A DNA stretch of 60,293 nucleotides, counting the filler, from Sphacelaria rigidula (lineage: Eukaryota), in assembly GCA_964200075.2 (NCBI GenBank). It is 4 parts of 4 records of this genome, joined end to end, with 100 filler letters (N's around TTAATTAATTAA, not from the genome) between each part and the next. Parts side by side here need not be neighbours in the genome. Positions count along the whole stretch, not along the records: positions 45,298 to 60,293 come from CAXNAA020001955.1; 3 more parts are not named here. The stretch is one strand, 5' to 3'. Position 1 is the first letter of the stretch; each line of letters starts with the position of its first letter. Below the pieces are notes generated by a model that searched no databases, had not been told where the DNA came from, and worked only from the letters and a program-made list of their open reading frames with translations. Positions 49,166-60,293 of this stretch are shown in pieces. Both the position numbers and the translations under genes were made by a program.

Positions 49166-52100
49166 GAGCGTTGAGAGTATCGTACGGGGCAAGGGAGCGG
49201 TGCCAGCCACTGTGGCCATCTTGGAGGGGCGCCCGCTGGTCGGCCTGACTTCAAAGCAGTTAGAGGTGCTGGCCAGGGCCGGCCCTCTAGCGCGGAAATG
49301 CTCCCGACGTGATCTCGCTGTTGCTGTTGCCCAGGTGAGAGGTCCTACAAATTCAAGGGGAAGGGAAGCGAGGAGGGTGGTACGGGTAAGTGCAGGGAGA
49401 GAATGTGAGGGGGACACCCATATATGAGAAGGAGACAGGGACAAGAGACAGCGGGAGGCGGTCAGAAACAGAAGCGCCACCCAGTCGCCCTGGCCATACA
49501 GGTTTCGTGTTTTCTTCTTGGCCCGTCAAAAATATTACGCTCCTTGCATGCACGTCCATTTGCGTTGGTACGCTTGTGACCGTTGGGGGAATCAACGTTT
49601 ATGTATTTCTCGCGCGTCCGTACACGTGTTGACGTTACGCGATGTCTTGTTAGCGCGTTGACGGGGCTACAACGGTGGCAGCGACTGCCTATCTTGCCGC
49701 ACTCGCGGGAATACGCGTGTTCGTGACAGGCGGCATGGGCGGAGTACATCGCGGTGCGGAGACTACCTTCGACGTGTCCGCTGATCTCTCTGAGCTGGCA
49801 CAAACACCGATCGTCGTGGTCTGCGCCGGAGTGAAGTCTATCCTAGACGTGGGGCGGACATTAGAGGTGAGAGAGGACATGAAACCGCCGGAGGAGCGTC
49901 CCAAGCAGGAGAGAAGGGGCATGGAATGCATGTTGTAGTACATGCACCGTGCGCCTGATTCAAGTTTCGGTGGTGGCGCCATATCGACAGAAGAAGATGT
50001 CTGTTTCGATGGTACGTGTCTGCACGGTAAACAAAGTGCAACCTTTCACTGCACCCAGTTGTACTGACCACGCCAGTTGTGCACTACAGTGCAGTACATG
50101 TACTGTTATTGTCCACGGTTCAGACGAATTGAATCGTGAATCCACTCATATCCAAATTTTGTATGAATCTATCATACGATTCGTACATATTTTGGGTTCG
50201 TGATCCGTGCGACATTACCTGAGATGTACACATTCTTAGTTCGTAAATCGTGCGGCACACTGTCGAGCGTACGCGTACCTACCTTCCTTTGGTATGGTAT
50301 GAATCATGAGTACATGCTTGCCAGCTTCCATTGATACGAGGTGAATGAAGCGCACATTTTGCCCAATTTATATTCATGCAGTATGAATCGTAGGCACATG
50401 TTCCCCCACCTGCCATCCATACGCCACGAATCACATGTACATGTTTCTCCCCTTCCATCCGTGCAGCTTGAATCATGCATACGTGTTCCCCTTTCATTCA
50501 AACGAGGTGAATCAAGCGTACCTGTTTCCCAATTTCCACTCAGGCAGCATGAATCATACGTACATGTTCTCCACCTTTCATCCATACAAGATACATCAAG
50601 CGTACATGTTCTCCACTTTCATTTGATGCAGCATGCAGCATACGTACACGTTCCCCACCTTATGTTCATATGACAAGAATCACAAGAACACGGTGTTTCT
50701 CAGCTGTCATTATATGGGGCGCGACTCGTCGATGGCGCGGCCTTCTTGCAGGTGGAACAGGCAAATAAGAGCACGCAGGTCGGGAACCCCTTCAAAGCCA
50801 ACTTCACAATAAACCTACTTTCAAATATTGTACTCACACGTAACACAACACATCAAGTATAGTACAACACACGCGTCTGCGTATCCAGACAAGTTGTTTG
50901 AGCTATGCTATTGACAGCCCTCGTGGTTTCATATTGTGTTCTGTGGTACTGATGGCCTGAAATATGATGTATACAATTTCACGAGCACCTACGAAGAAGA
51001 CAGCTTCAGCACGAGTCGTCCCCGCATGTTCGCAAGAGTTTGGGGGGGAAACTCCGGCACCGCACATTGTAGTCGGCAAACAATACGGTACATCATAGCA
51101 CAGCACGCATATGCGTGCCTAAAGCGATTCTTCTAGCTATTGGCTTTCCCGAGTTGAGCTATTGACGGCCTTTCTGCGGCTTCATGTTTTGCTCTGCGGT
51201 ACAGTTGGCCTGAATACATCACACGGTACGAAGACAGCTTCAGACGGCACCAGTGCTGCAAGAGTCGTCCCTGCATGTTTGCATGAGTTTTCGGAAACGC
51301 TCCGGCAGCGCCCACTTCTGTCAGCAGGCAGCACAGTTCAGTACAGCACACCACATCATAGTACTGTACAATCTGTACAGCGGACGACAGACAACAATAG
51401 TACGAAAGCCTCCATGTTCCCCGCCTTCCATTCGTTCGAGATATGAATCAAGTGTACATGTTTCCCACCGATTCGTGTGGCACTACTTGGAGTGTACACA
51501 TTCCCAGTTCGCGATTCGTGTTGACAGACAAGTCAACACAATCAAACGTGAACCTGAGGATCGCACTGCCCTCCCAAACCAAAACACACCACGCCATTTG
51601 TTGCTGCCTATCAGCTGAGCATGCTGTGCGTGACCTTGCTCAAATCGGTTCAGAATCCAATGAGAAATGATTATTTGCGTGAGACGCGAAGACAGCACAC
51701 GCTCACAGTCAGCAACGGCACGTTTTCGGTTGCTATTTTACACGCACGCGGCCGCCTCTCCTCCAATACTGGACTACTTGGAGTGTACATATTCCCAGTT
51801 CGCGATTCGTGCGGGACGACCTTAAACGTACAACTTTATCATCCGTGATTCATACCGGATGAGTCTCTGATACACATGATTCGCATTCAACAGCCTTGTG
51901 GAGTCATCCCTTATGAACTCTGATTCGCCCGAACCGTGCTGTTGTCTGTGTACCTTTCATGCCGCCATGTAGCCGTGCCATGCTTGTACTGTGTGACATG
52001 TGCTGATTTGTCCGTTACTTGTGGAGAGCGCGGTGCCCAGCACATTGCAGCACGTCACCGGACGTTGAACTGCACCGGATTGTGGTACTGTAGTGTACTC

Positions 52101-55100
52101 TAAGAAGTACAGTGCAGTACCCTTCTGTATGCACACCTTCCGTTTTGTTCGGTGTCTGTCTGTACTGCATGAGGTGCACTACTGCACCGGCTACTCATGT
52201 TGAGTGTGCCGCGTGCTTTAGGTGCAAGCCTGCCCAGTATGTGTACCTGCCCACGAGAGCTCGACTTGCTATTATGCACATTATCCTGAACTCCGACAAA
52301 TAAAGTATGACTCAAGTCATACATACGGGGAAACGACGGCGACTGTGACCTGAGGTGTACGAGTCATCGCCGAATTAGCCCAGAGGATGTTTAAACGAGT
52401 CCGCGTGCGGCGAGTCAGACTTGTACTCGTTGAATGTGTACTTGCAAAAAAACGAACAAGAAAAACATATTTTTTTCAAGATACTCAGCTCTGGTTTGAA
52501 GGATCGAGCACACCTCAAATACGTCCTTCATTACGAGCACTACGTGGATACAATCCATGTACTGGCAGTGCGTATGTCCGTTTCTTTTTTCGTCTGCAGT
52601 GCGAGTATTGCTCTTTACAAATTATGCAGAGTATCTCTTGTATTCCTGCATCAGCCCGCTCATCAACTTTCATCGCCGACGGCTATGCTGCCCGAAGTTT
52701 GTGTCTGGAACAGTTCGGAATAGAATCCGTGTAACTTGTTGCATAATCTTATTACCACTCGTTCCCCCCTCCCCCGCGCTGCTCCGTCTCGGAAGGGATG
52801 CGTAGTCAACGGTCAAAGACCAAGGCAAGCACTAAATGAGAACGCCCCCTCCCCCACTCCCGCCGCCCGCCTCTCGCTACTTGAAAATTCTGCTACCGCT
52901 GTCGCCGCTCGCAATTTTTTAGGTTTTGGAGACGAACGGAGTTCCCGTGGTTTCTTACGGCTGCGACGAATTTCCCGCGTTTTTCAGCCCTTCAAGTGGG
53001 GTGCGGTCGCCTTTGCGACTAGACACACCGCTGGAAGTTGCGACGGCGGCCAAGGTGTGGAACAAGATGAAAAATCCGGCGTGCTGGTGATACTTCAGTA
53101 CACGGTTAGATCCACCGCAAAGTGCTGCTTGTGCTCAAAACATGCGGAATAGAGTTCCATCGGCCAGTGCTGTCTCGACGCTTGGCTGCACACACGGTCA
53201 CGAGCCATCGCACGGAAGCATAATTTTTGACCGAATCTTGTGTTGACGAAGGTGACGACGATGCTTCGTACCTTTCTCTTAGGGCGGTGTTATTGTTACG
53301 TAGGTTCACGGAGCGGTGTCTTGTTGGGGTAACATGGTGGCTCATGCTGACAAGCGCTTTCGCGAAAAAACCGGAGCTGCATGTGGGGACAGGTTGTGTC
53401 GATTTGCATGTAGGTGTGCCGCAGTTGTGGTGATGGTGTGCGGAGCAAGGCCACAGATCGCAGCTACAGCTCATAAAGATTATAGCATCATATTCGTTCT
53501 GGATATTCCGCATGTCTTCGACAGTGTTGTTTTGCACTGCTGTAGTGCACAGCGCCGGAAGTTGCGTCGCTTGAAGATATTTTTCCAACTTTTTTCCTCT
53601 GGCAGAGCTCGGGCGATAGACGAGTCAAGCTCCTGGTTCTGAAAAACTTGAAGTTTAGAGCGCACTTTTTTAATCGGAATACGAAAGAGCACAATTTACG
53701 GGACTGCGCGTTTGTAGACCGTTGGCCACGGCTCTAAGTTCATCAGGGGGGGTGGGGTATTGGTGTAACAGATGTCACAACAAGCAAGAGCGCCACCCCT
53801 TAATATTGCCGGTAACTGGGCCAAATCAAGCGCTGTGATGATACTAGCAAGTCCACAATAGCCGCGATAACGTCGGCAGTGTGGCTTCTCGCGGAGGACG
53901 GCCCCCATGATTCTCAGCCGACATGACATGTTATTACTTCAGAGCATACACGTTGCTATTGGAGTGTCGAAAGGAGCGCTGTACTGACATCCTTCATCAT
54001 CTTGTTCTGCGTTAGCCCAGTTTCAGGAAGCTTCCGCTTCCTGTGCTCCATTAGGCCTGGTCTCCGAGCCACAACACAACTTCAGCTCTGCCCGCGTGAC
54101 TCTTTGGGGATGCTCCCACGGCGATTATCACCACTGTCTATGAATTGATGGCATTTGGAACGAAATGTGCGCATGCATCGAGCGTGGTTTGGTATGCGCA
54201 TGTTGCCGCAAGAATGCAGATGTGTCCAGCTGAGTTTCCGGTTTCCCTCATAGCTGGAGGTTATCTCGGACTGCTACACAGACCTCAAAATCGTAATTTA
54301 GCTCTAAATACACTAAAACTTGAGAGAACGCGAAGTTCGGACCTCACCTCCCTATCCCACACCTGCCTGCGTGATTCCCAGGCGGGGTTTGATCTTGGCA
54401 TGAAGAACGGAATGATCGTCGCTGTGCCAAATCCCTCACCCGCTGCTGGTGGGGCTCGAGTAGATGCCGCGATCAGGGTGGCGCTGAGCGAGGCTGACTC
54501 AAGGGGCTTGACAGGCAGGGATGTCACTCCATTCGTGCTGGCCAGAGTGAATGAGAAGACAGGGGGCGAATCTCTCAAGAGCAACGTCGCCTTGGTGAGG
54601 AGTACTACTGGACTATGCGGATGAAATAGAGCGAGAGGGACAGTGGAAGCGTCGGACATTCGAATTGTTTCACAGGCTTCGAACGAGTGTGCGAGAGACA
54701 TATGAGACGAACATAAGACGATGATTAAGTCTCTTCGAACGCGACGGCGTTACCGGGGAGGTGATTTCTAGTGTACACATACCACCGGGAGAGATCGCGG
54801 TTGCATTCCTTCACGGTTGAACGCTCACGGGAGCTGCTGTCTGGAGGTGTGCGCACCGGTCATGCTCGCGGCGTTTCTTGTTGTCCTTTCAACAGATTTG
54901 CGACGTAGCGGTATCTCCGTCATATGCCGGTCGATGAGCTTGTCGCTAAGTGTTTTTTTCCCACTGCGCAGGTCCGTCACAACGCGCGGGTGGGTACCGA
55001 CATCGCGATCCACCTGGCTAATCTAGAGTCATCACCATCGTCCGTACCACTACAACAAGCACCGTCTACAGCGACACCACGATCAATACCCCCAACAAGT

Positions 55101-58100
55101 CAGCACGATCACAACAACGCTGCGAACAGCAGCATAGCCACGGAAAACCAGTACATCGACAGCACCTCTCCCCTTCACCGCCCCCCCTTCCCTCTCGCTG
55201 CAGACACAGACACGCCGGCTACACCGATACCGAAGCTGCCTCATCAACAACAACTTGTCCGCCCCCCACGGGTGGCCGTGTTTGGCGGCGCCGTAGTCGA
55301 TATTATCGCGCGACCTCGCCCGGGTAGCGTCCTTGCCCCGGGAACATCGACCCCGGGGGATGCTAGGCAAACCTACGGGGGAGTGGGGAGGAATGTGGCT
55401 GAGGCTCTCGCGAGATTGTTGGGCTTGGGGCAGTCGGGGTTGTCGGGACCTGGGCCAGTTGGGGAGAATGTCACAGGTTAGAACGCTGGTGGATGGTGAA
55501 TGCCGAATGTGTCGTGGTTTCCTGTCGCCGCTTTGTCGGCTGAGTACAGCAGCAGCAATAGCAGGGTTAGCAGAAGTAACGAAGCAGGCGAAGGTTGGAT
55601 CGGTGAATATCTATTGTAGAGTTGCAGACTGACTTCCCAGTTTTCACTGTTTAATTTTAACTGCTGGCATAACTGGGTAAAGTGGTGGCCGGAGCCTCCA
55701 GGGAACCAGTTATTTTCTCTGACATATGTGCCATGCTCCAAGGCGTTCTCCCCACAGTTATCATAATCGAATTGGTACTCCTAATGCGTTGTAGTGCTTC
55801 ATCACGCTTGAGATGTGCGGTACAGCTGTCGTGTGACAGCGCAGCACACATATACATCCTCACGTAAAGGGCCAAGATGTCACACTAGAACATGAGCAGT
55901 GGCAGCAGCAGCTCAGATGATGAAAATGATGCAGTACCACACGTGAGAACAGTCAAACTTGAGATGATGCTGCAGGCACTGATGGTGCCGTTCACTGCCT
56001 GAGCTTATTCAAAGAGTCGTATGCAGTTGAGATGGGTGAATTCGAGGTTGCACTCGTACAGTTAGGTGGGTTTCATACTTGACAGGAAACCAAGTGTGGT
56101 TCGCGATGCCCTGTGAGTGCTTTTTGCGATCTTCTAGGTGCTGGGTGTTGGGTCTCCAGTGGTGACTGGTGGAGAAGGCACTAAGCGTATGCCCCCAGGA
56201 GGTGGTATATTCTTGTTGCACGAGTGTGGACGTTTCGTTATTTCTGGCTGATGAATTAACTGGATGCTGTTGCTGAATTGTGTCACGCCCATGCGCTACT
56301 CTCTGGTGCTGTTCACGCCGACGTTGTCGACTCGGGCACGCGCGAAGCGGTATAATGTGTTTTCTCCTCTTCATACGAGCTGGGCCAGCCTAAAGACGGA
56401 ATTAAGCTCAGAAAGCAATATCTCATCGACACACACGAGTTGGGCCGTGATCCGCATATCGTATTAATCGTCTAATCAAGGGGAAGGTGCCCATCTGCTC
56501 AAAAGTTTGGGCCCATATTTTCTCGTTGATTCAACTCCATGTCTAGTAATTCCTGTACTTGAGGGAGATAGCACCAATACCAGAATCTCTATGAAACTCC
56601 CGATCGATGCATTCAGCGGATGGCGACGAATTTTGGTGTGAAGAACCACAAAAGAGTGCCGAATACAAAAAATATATAGGCCTTCATTTTCTTTTTTCAT
56701 AGAGGTTAGGGCGTTCTAGTGAAGAAATGGTCTTTACCACAGTAGAACGCCCTAAACCAGTAGAAAAAAATGAAAAAAAGCAACCTGACCCACTTTGTTT
56801 TGTTAATCATGCCTTAGAGAGCACCCACACAAAATTTCAATACACGAAAACCAAACACGGGCCGGTGAGTGGCCTGCGAAATACTGTTCCGAATTTCTAC
56901 CGACCCGGTTTTTTAAAGGTCCATGCTCCCGCCAATATTTAGAGTTGGACCCTGAAATCTGGTGTGGACAATAAATAGGGTATGAAAAAAATTACGCCGC
57001 CATCAGAAGTTTTTTTTTTTTTCATGAGGTATGGGCAATAATCAGTTTTCAGGTATCAGTAAAATGCCTTCAACTCATGAAAAAAAAAGTTATGGTGCCG
57101 GCGTAATTTCTTTTTTCATTGTCCATACCAAATGTCAGGGTCCAACTCTAAATACTGGCGGGAGCATGCGCCTGCAAACTTCAAATCCGCCTCTAGGCTG
57201 GCCCAGCTCGTACATAGCCACAACTTTTTAGGGTGGAACGATTGATGGTATTTTCGATTCACTTCTTTAACTCGTCGCCTACTCTGCACCGATATCGTGC
57301 TCGAAGTACCTTTGCGTAGTGACTACAGATCAACATGACTCTGCAGAGATGTGAAGGCAACCTATGTATTTTCGTGCCTTCGGCGGGGCCCTCTCATCAA
57401 CGCAAGGGGAAAAGGGGTGTGAACGCAATTGACGCCGCGTTGCCCTGTCAAGCAACACCAGCAAAGTCGCGGGGCGGCGAAGCGGCCTTGCGCTGTTCTT
57501 GCGCTGCGCGTGCGCTTCGTCGCCGGTTATCCGTTTTCCGGCTGATAGCTGCAACTGGTCAAAATATACGAGTACAGCACCGGCTAACTGGTCAAGATCA
57601 GTTAAAAACCGTAGAGGTCGGGCTATGTACCGCGTTTTCTCGGAGAGGGCCTGCAGTGACAAGATGGGGCCGTGAAGGGATAATTTGGATGAAGGACGGC
57701 GCACTGGTATGATGGGCGTCGTGTGTATCGTCCCGTACGATGGAAAATACATAACGTCAAATGTTGGGAATACGCAACGCTTAAGCTCCCCCCCCCCCCC
57801 TGGCCCGGCAAAAACCCGGCGTGCTCCGTCCCGGCCTTGTAGGGGTCCGAGGTCAAGGNNNNNNNNNNTATACGGACCGCAGAAACGAAAAAAACAAAAC
57901 CCAAAATTTGGGAAACACCAACCCTTAAGCCCCCCCCCCCCCCCCCTGGTCCGGCAAAAACCCGGCGTGCTCCGTCCCGGCTTTGTAGGGATGCGAGGTC
58001 AATGGTCTTACAGTATGACTATGGCATGCATGATCATGAGTACACCCCCCTGTCTCCCTCCCCCCGCATCACGGCAAGGCCTGTCCGTTGCCTACATCAA

Positions 58101-59397
58101 TTGTATGCAGGTGTATTCAATCCACGTAGTCTTTAGTGATCGCACAATGGAATTCTTCTCCCCCCACTCGTGGTCTGTTCTACCCTATCTGGGCTTTTTT
58201 CCTTCGCTCTTTTTCAGGGAGTGTTGCAGTTTTTGCCTCGGGTACACGGATCATGTGACCATCATGCGACCACGGCTGAATCCCTGGAGGATCAGTTCTA
58301 GAGCGGCAATGAATCAGTCAAACAAACGAACGAACCCACGCTCTGATGCTGTACTGTTACCGGCCCACCCTTTTCGCAACTCGGATGAAGGTGGGGTAGC
58401 TGATACCGTCATCGATAGCAACAGGAGCGATGATTCCGCAGAGGTCACCCTGGTGTCCGTGGTGGGTGCAGACGAAACGGGAAAGGCACTGGTGGCACAC
58501 TGCGAAGACGCGGGGGTCAAGGCGCGCGCAACTGTCGAGATACGACGGAGCGCGACCAAGCCTGACGTAGTTCACAGTCTACGTCGTGGTTTGGACCGCT
58601 CGAATGAGGAAAAGGATGAGGAGTCACTCCCGGGAACGGCGAGCTACGTAGCCATGCTGGACGGCGATGGAGAGCTGGTGGCGGCGGTGGCAGACATGCG
58701 CTTGCTGGATGTGATGACGGCGGTAGGAGGATGCTTAACCTGTGTCGGGGCATACTGTGTACTGCAGTGCCCTAGTTTTTCGTTCCCGGAGTGGTCTTAC
58801 GCACGTATGCTCTTCCTTGTGCGGCCCAGAGCGTAGGACACTGTAGTATTGAAACGTGTCGCTGTGTCCATGTGAAATGATGAAACTGGAGAGACAAGAT
58901 GATACTACAAGTACAGTATCTTCGGGGCACTTGGAATGACGCGAGAGATGGAGCGTGTTTTACCGGTTGCGATTCATGAGCCTCCAAATAGCGATGCGGC
59001 ACAGGTCAGCTTCTATCCGTTTCTGCGCTTATTTTCAAGTATCTATCGAGTGAGCGGGGGGGGGGGCGCAGAGGGGGTTTCTTTCCCTTGGTTTCTTTCC
59101 CTTTCACCGAAATGTCTTTCTCGCACGAAACGTTCGACACTTACTATTCACCCCGCTCTGTACTTGATTCATTCCGCCAAATCTGTTCGGTGCCGCCGTT
59201 TCAATTTTTTTCTTTTGGACCAGGAATTTGTCGACAGACACGCCAATACAGTTGCAGGCACTGCAGTGGTGGTAGCCGATGGTAACCTCCCACCCGGGGG
59301 GTTGGCACGGCTCGTAGGGCTTTGTCGAAGAGAGGGCACCCCTCTCGTGTTCGAGCCGACGTCGGTGGTCAAGTCTGTTAGACCGTTCGCTTCCGGG
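49166..59397 (+). CDS. Bifunctional pseudouridine-5'-phosphate glycosidase (PsuG/IndA) plus PfkB-family pseudouridine kinase (PsuK-like), internal portion
   Basis: Exons: 49166-49334 ([10 protein letters not shown]...KCSRRDL), 49654-49866 (GATTVAAT...[12 protein letters not shown]...DVSADLSEL...[11 protein letters not shown]), 52923-53054 ([20 protein letters not shown]), 54382-54594 (GRDVTPFVL...SLKSNVAL) and 54972-55476 (NARVG, linker, VFGGAVVD...[14 protein letters not shown]). Then ~58391-58722 (SVVGADETG...[21 protein letters not shown]) and 59224-59397 (VVADGNL...FEPTSVVK). The first and last exons are outside the contig. Confidence 0.93.
50114..51938. mobile_element. Non-autonomous hAT-like TIR element carrying a ~41-bp minisatellite
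   Basis: Left end CACGGTTCAGACGAAT; the right end reverse-complemented is CACGGTTCGGGCGAAT. Flanks TTATTGTC and CTGTTGTC form a 6/8 match, consistent with an aged 8-bp TSD. Confidence 0.65.
50300..50715 (+). repeat. Degenerate ~41-bp tandem minisatellite (about 10 units)
   Basis: Recurring unit GAATCAnnnGTACATGTTYYCCAMYTTYCATYCATRC.... Related units at ~51410-51480. Confidence 0.8.
56376..57210. mobile_element. Tc1/mariner-like MITE (835 bp) with TA TSD and an internal palindrome
   Basis: TA|CGAGCTGGGCCAGCCTAAAGACGGA ... TCCGCCTCTAGGCTGGCCCAGCTCG|TA. Internal inverted arms catgctcccgccaatatttagagttggaccctga (~56922) / tcagggtccaactctaaatactggcgggagcatg (~57135-57168). Confidence 0.8.
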
Positions 59398-60016
59398 GTA
59401 AGAGATTGCAATTATTGCTGAGCAGATGGGTCGAAAGCACGTACCAGTATGTGCCAGTCGGTGATGTTCCGACTGTTTCGTTGTGCTTGAATTTGTCAAC
59501 CCTACCGTTGATCGGACGCTTTGTGAGGTCATCAGGGATCAAACATGTGCCATCCAAAGGGGGCTACAATATATTTGCAGAAACAAAACTTTTCAAAATC
59601 GAGAAGTACGGGGGGGTTGCAGAGGTTGGTACGGGGTGACAGACCTATATTCTCCGATTTTCGTGTGAACCATGCTTACTACTTGATTTCAGTGTGGAGC
59701 GTAATGATTACTTCATGTCGCGAAGATTGCGGCATCTACCTATATATCCCCACTACTTCCTGGACAGTTATATTACATTGTCGAAAAGTGAACTGTGTAC
59801 AGTACGGGCCACTGCGTCTATTGCACTAGGCAATATATTTCATACTGTACGCAGTACACTTTTTTGACAATGCAATGTATCGTCACTATCCAGGGTGTGA
59901 TGGCCGACTCTGAAGCCGGCGTGAAAGTTCACACAAACAAGCGTATTTTAGTCGCAGAACATCGAAGGAGCTTGTACGGGGAAGTGCTATGGATACCACC
60001 GTGTATAAGATACCGG

Positions 60017-60101
60017 TCGCCCCGGTGGCTCAGTTGGTAACCTCGAAACCTTCTGACGGTTGGGCCGTGGATTCAATTCTCGGAGCGATCTGGTATTTTT
60101 T
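60017..60101 (+). mobile_element. tRNA-derived SINE-like element, copy C
   Basis: gccccggTGGCTCAGTTGG (A box), GGATTCAATTCT (degenerate B box) and a T-run. Confidence 0.55.
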
Positions 60102-60293
60102 CTCACACCATGCCTAACAGTGAAGAGCGCCTATGTCGTGGGTACACAAAATTCGACTTAACGGTTGACGAGGGAAGGGGACTGCTCAGCCCCTCTCGCT
60201 ATGAAACATAAAGGCAAGCACCGCAGAAGGAAGGTAGGGTACTAAAAACAAACAAAAAAGAAAAGCTCCTGTGTTGACCTTCCTCCTGTGTGA

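Noticed and set aside
50300..50715. CRISPR-like array
   Set aside because: The units are degenerate along their whole length, with no conserved-repeat/unique-spacer alternation, no cas genes and a eukaryotic intron context. It is a minisatellite.
57685..58836. 383-aa ORF as a standalone gene
   Set aside because: The 5' two-thirds run through dispersed repeats, C-runs and Ns. Only ~58391-58722 is a PfkB exon.
1..60293. Functional gene cluster linking RNA-modification, splicing and export genes
   Set aside because: The genes lie on four independent contigs joined artificially, so co-location is not evidence of a system.

Overview
This is eukaryotic, intron-rich genomic DNA, most consistent with a brown alga or related stramenopile (inferred from gene structure, ~50% GC and TTAGGG repeats). 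It is not one locus. It consists of four ~15 kb contigs (1-15001, 15102-30100, 30201-45197, 45298-60293; lengths 15001, 14999, 14997, 14996) joined by an identical artificial 100-nt spacer, N44-TTAATTAATTAA-N44. Contig 1 holds the 5' part of an exportin-6-like gene (+). Contig 2 holds a U4/U6.U5 tri-snRNP 27K gene (-), a possible orphan gene transcribed divergently from it (+), and a Bub1/Mad3-family checkpoint kinase (-). Contig 3 holds the last exon of a Trm3/TARBP1-type SpoU tRNA methyltransferase (+), convergent with an 18-exon LETM1-like EF-hand gene (-). Contig 4 holds a pseudouridine-5'-phosphate glycosidase/PfkB kinase fusion (+). Introns are full of non-autonomous TIR/foldback elements, a tRNA-like SINE family and other dispersed repeats. 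The most intriguing signals are a decayed reading frame with RAG1/Transib-like motifs (~48240-48655, -), two phase-forced GC-AG introns sharing the donor GCACGT, and exportin-6 in this lineage. Most of the short ORFs in the supplied track are spurious.
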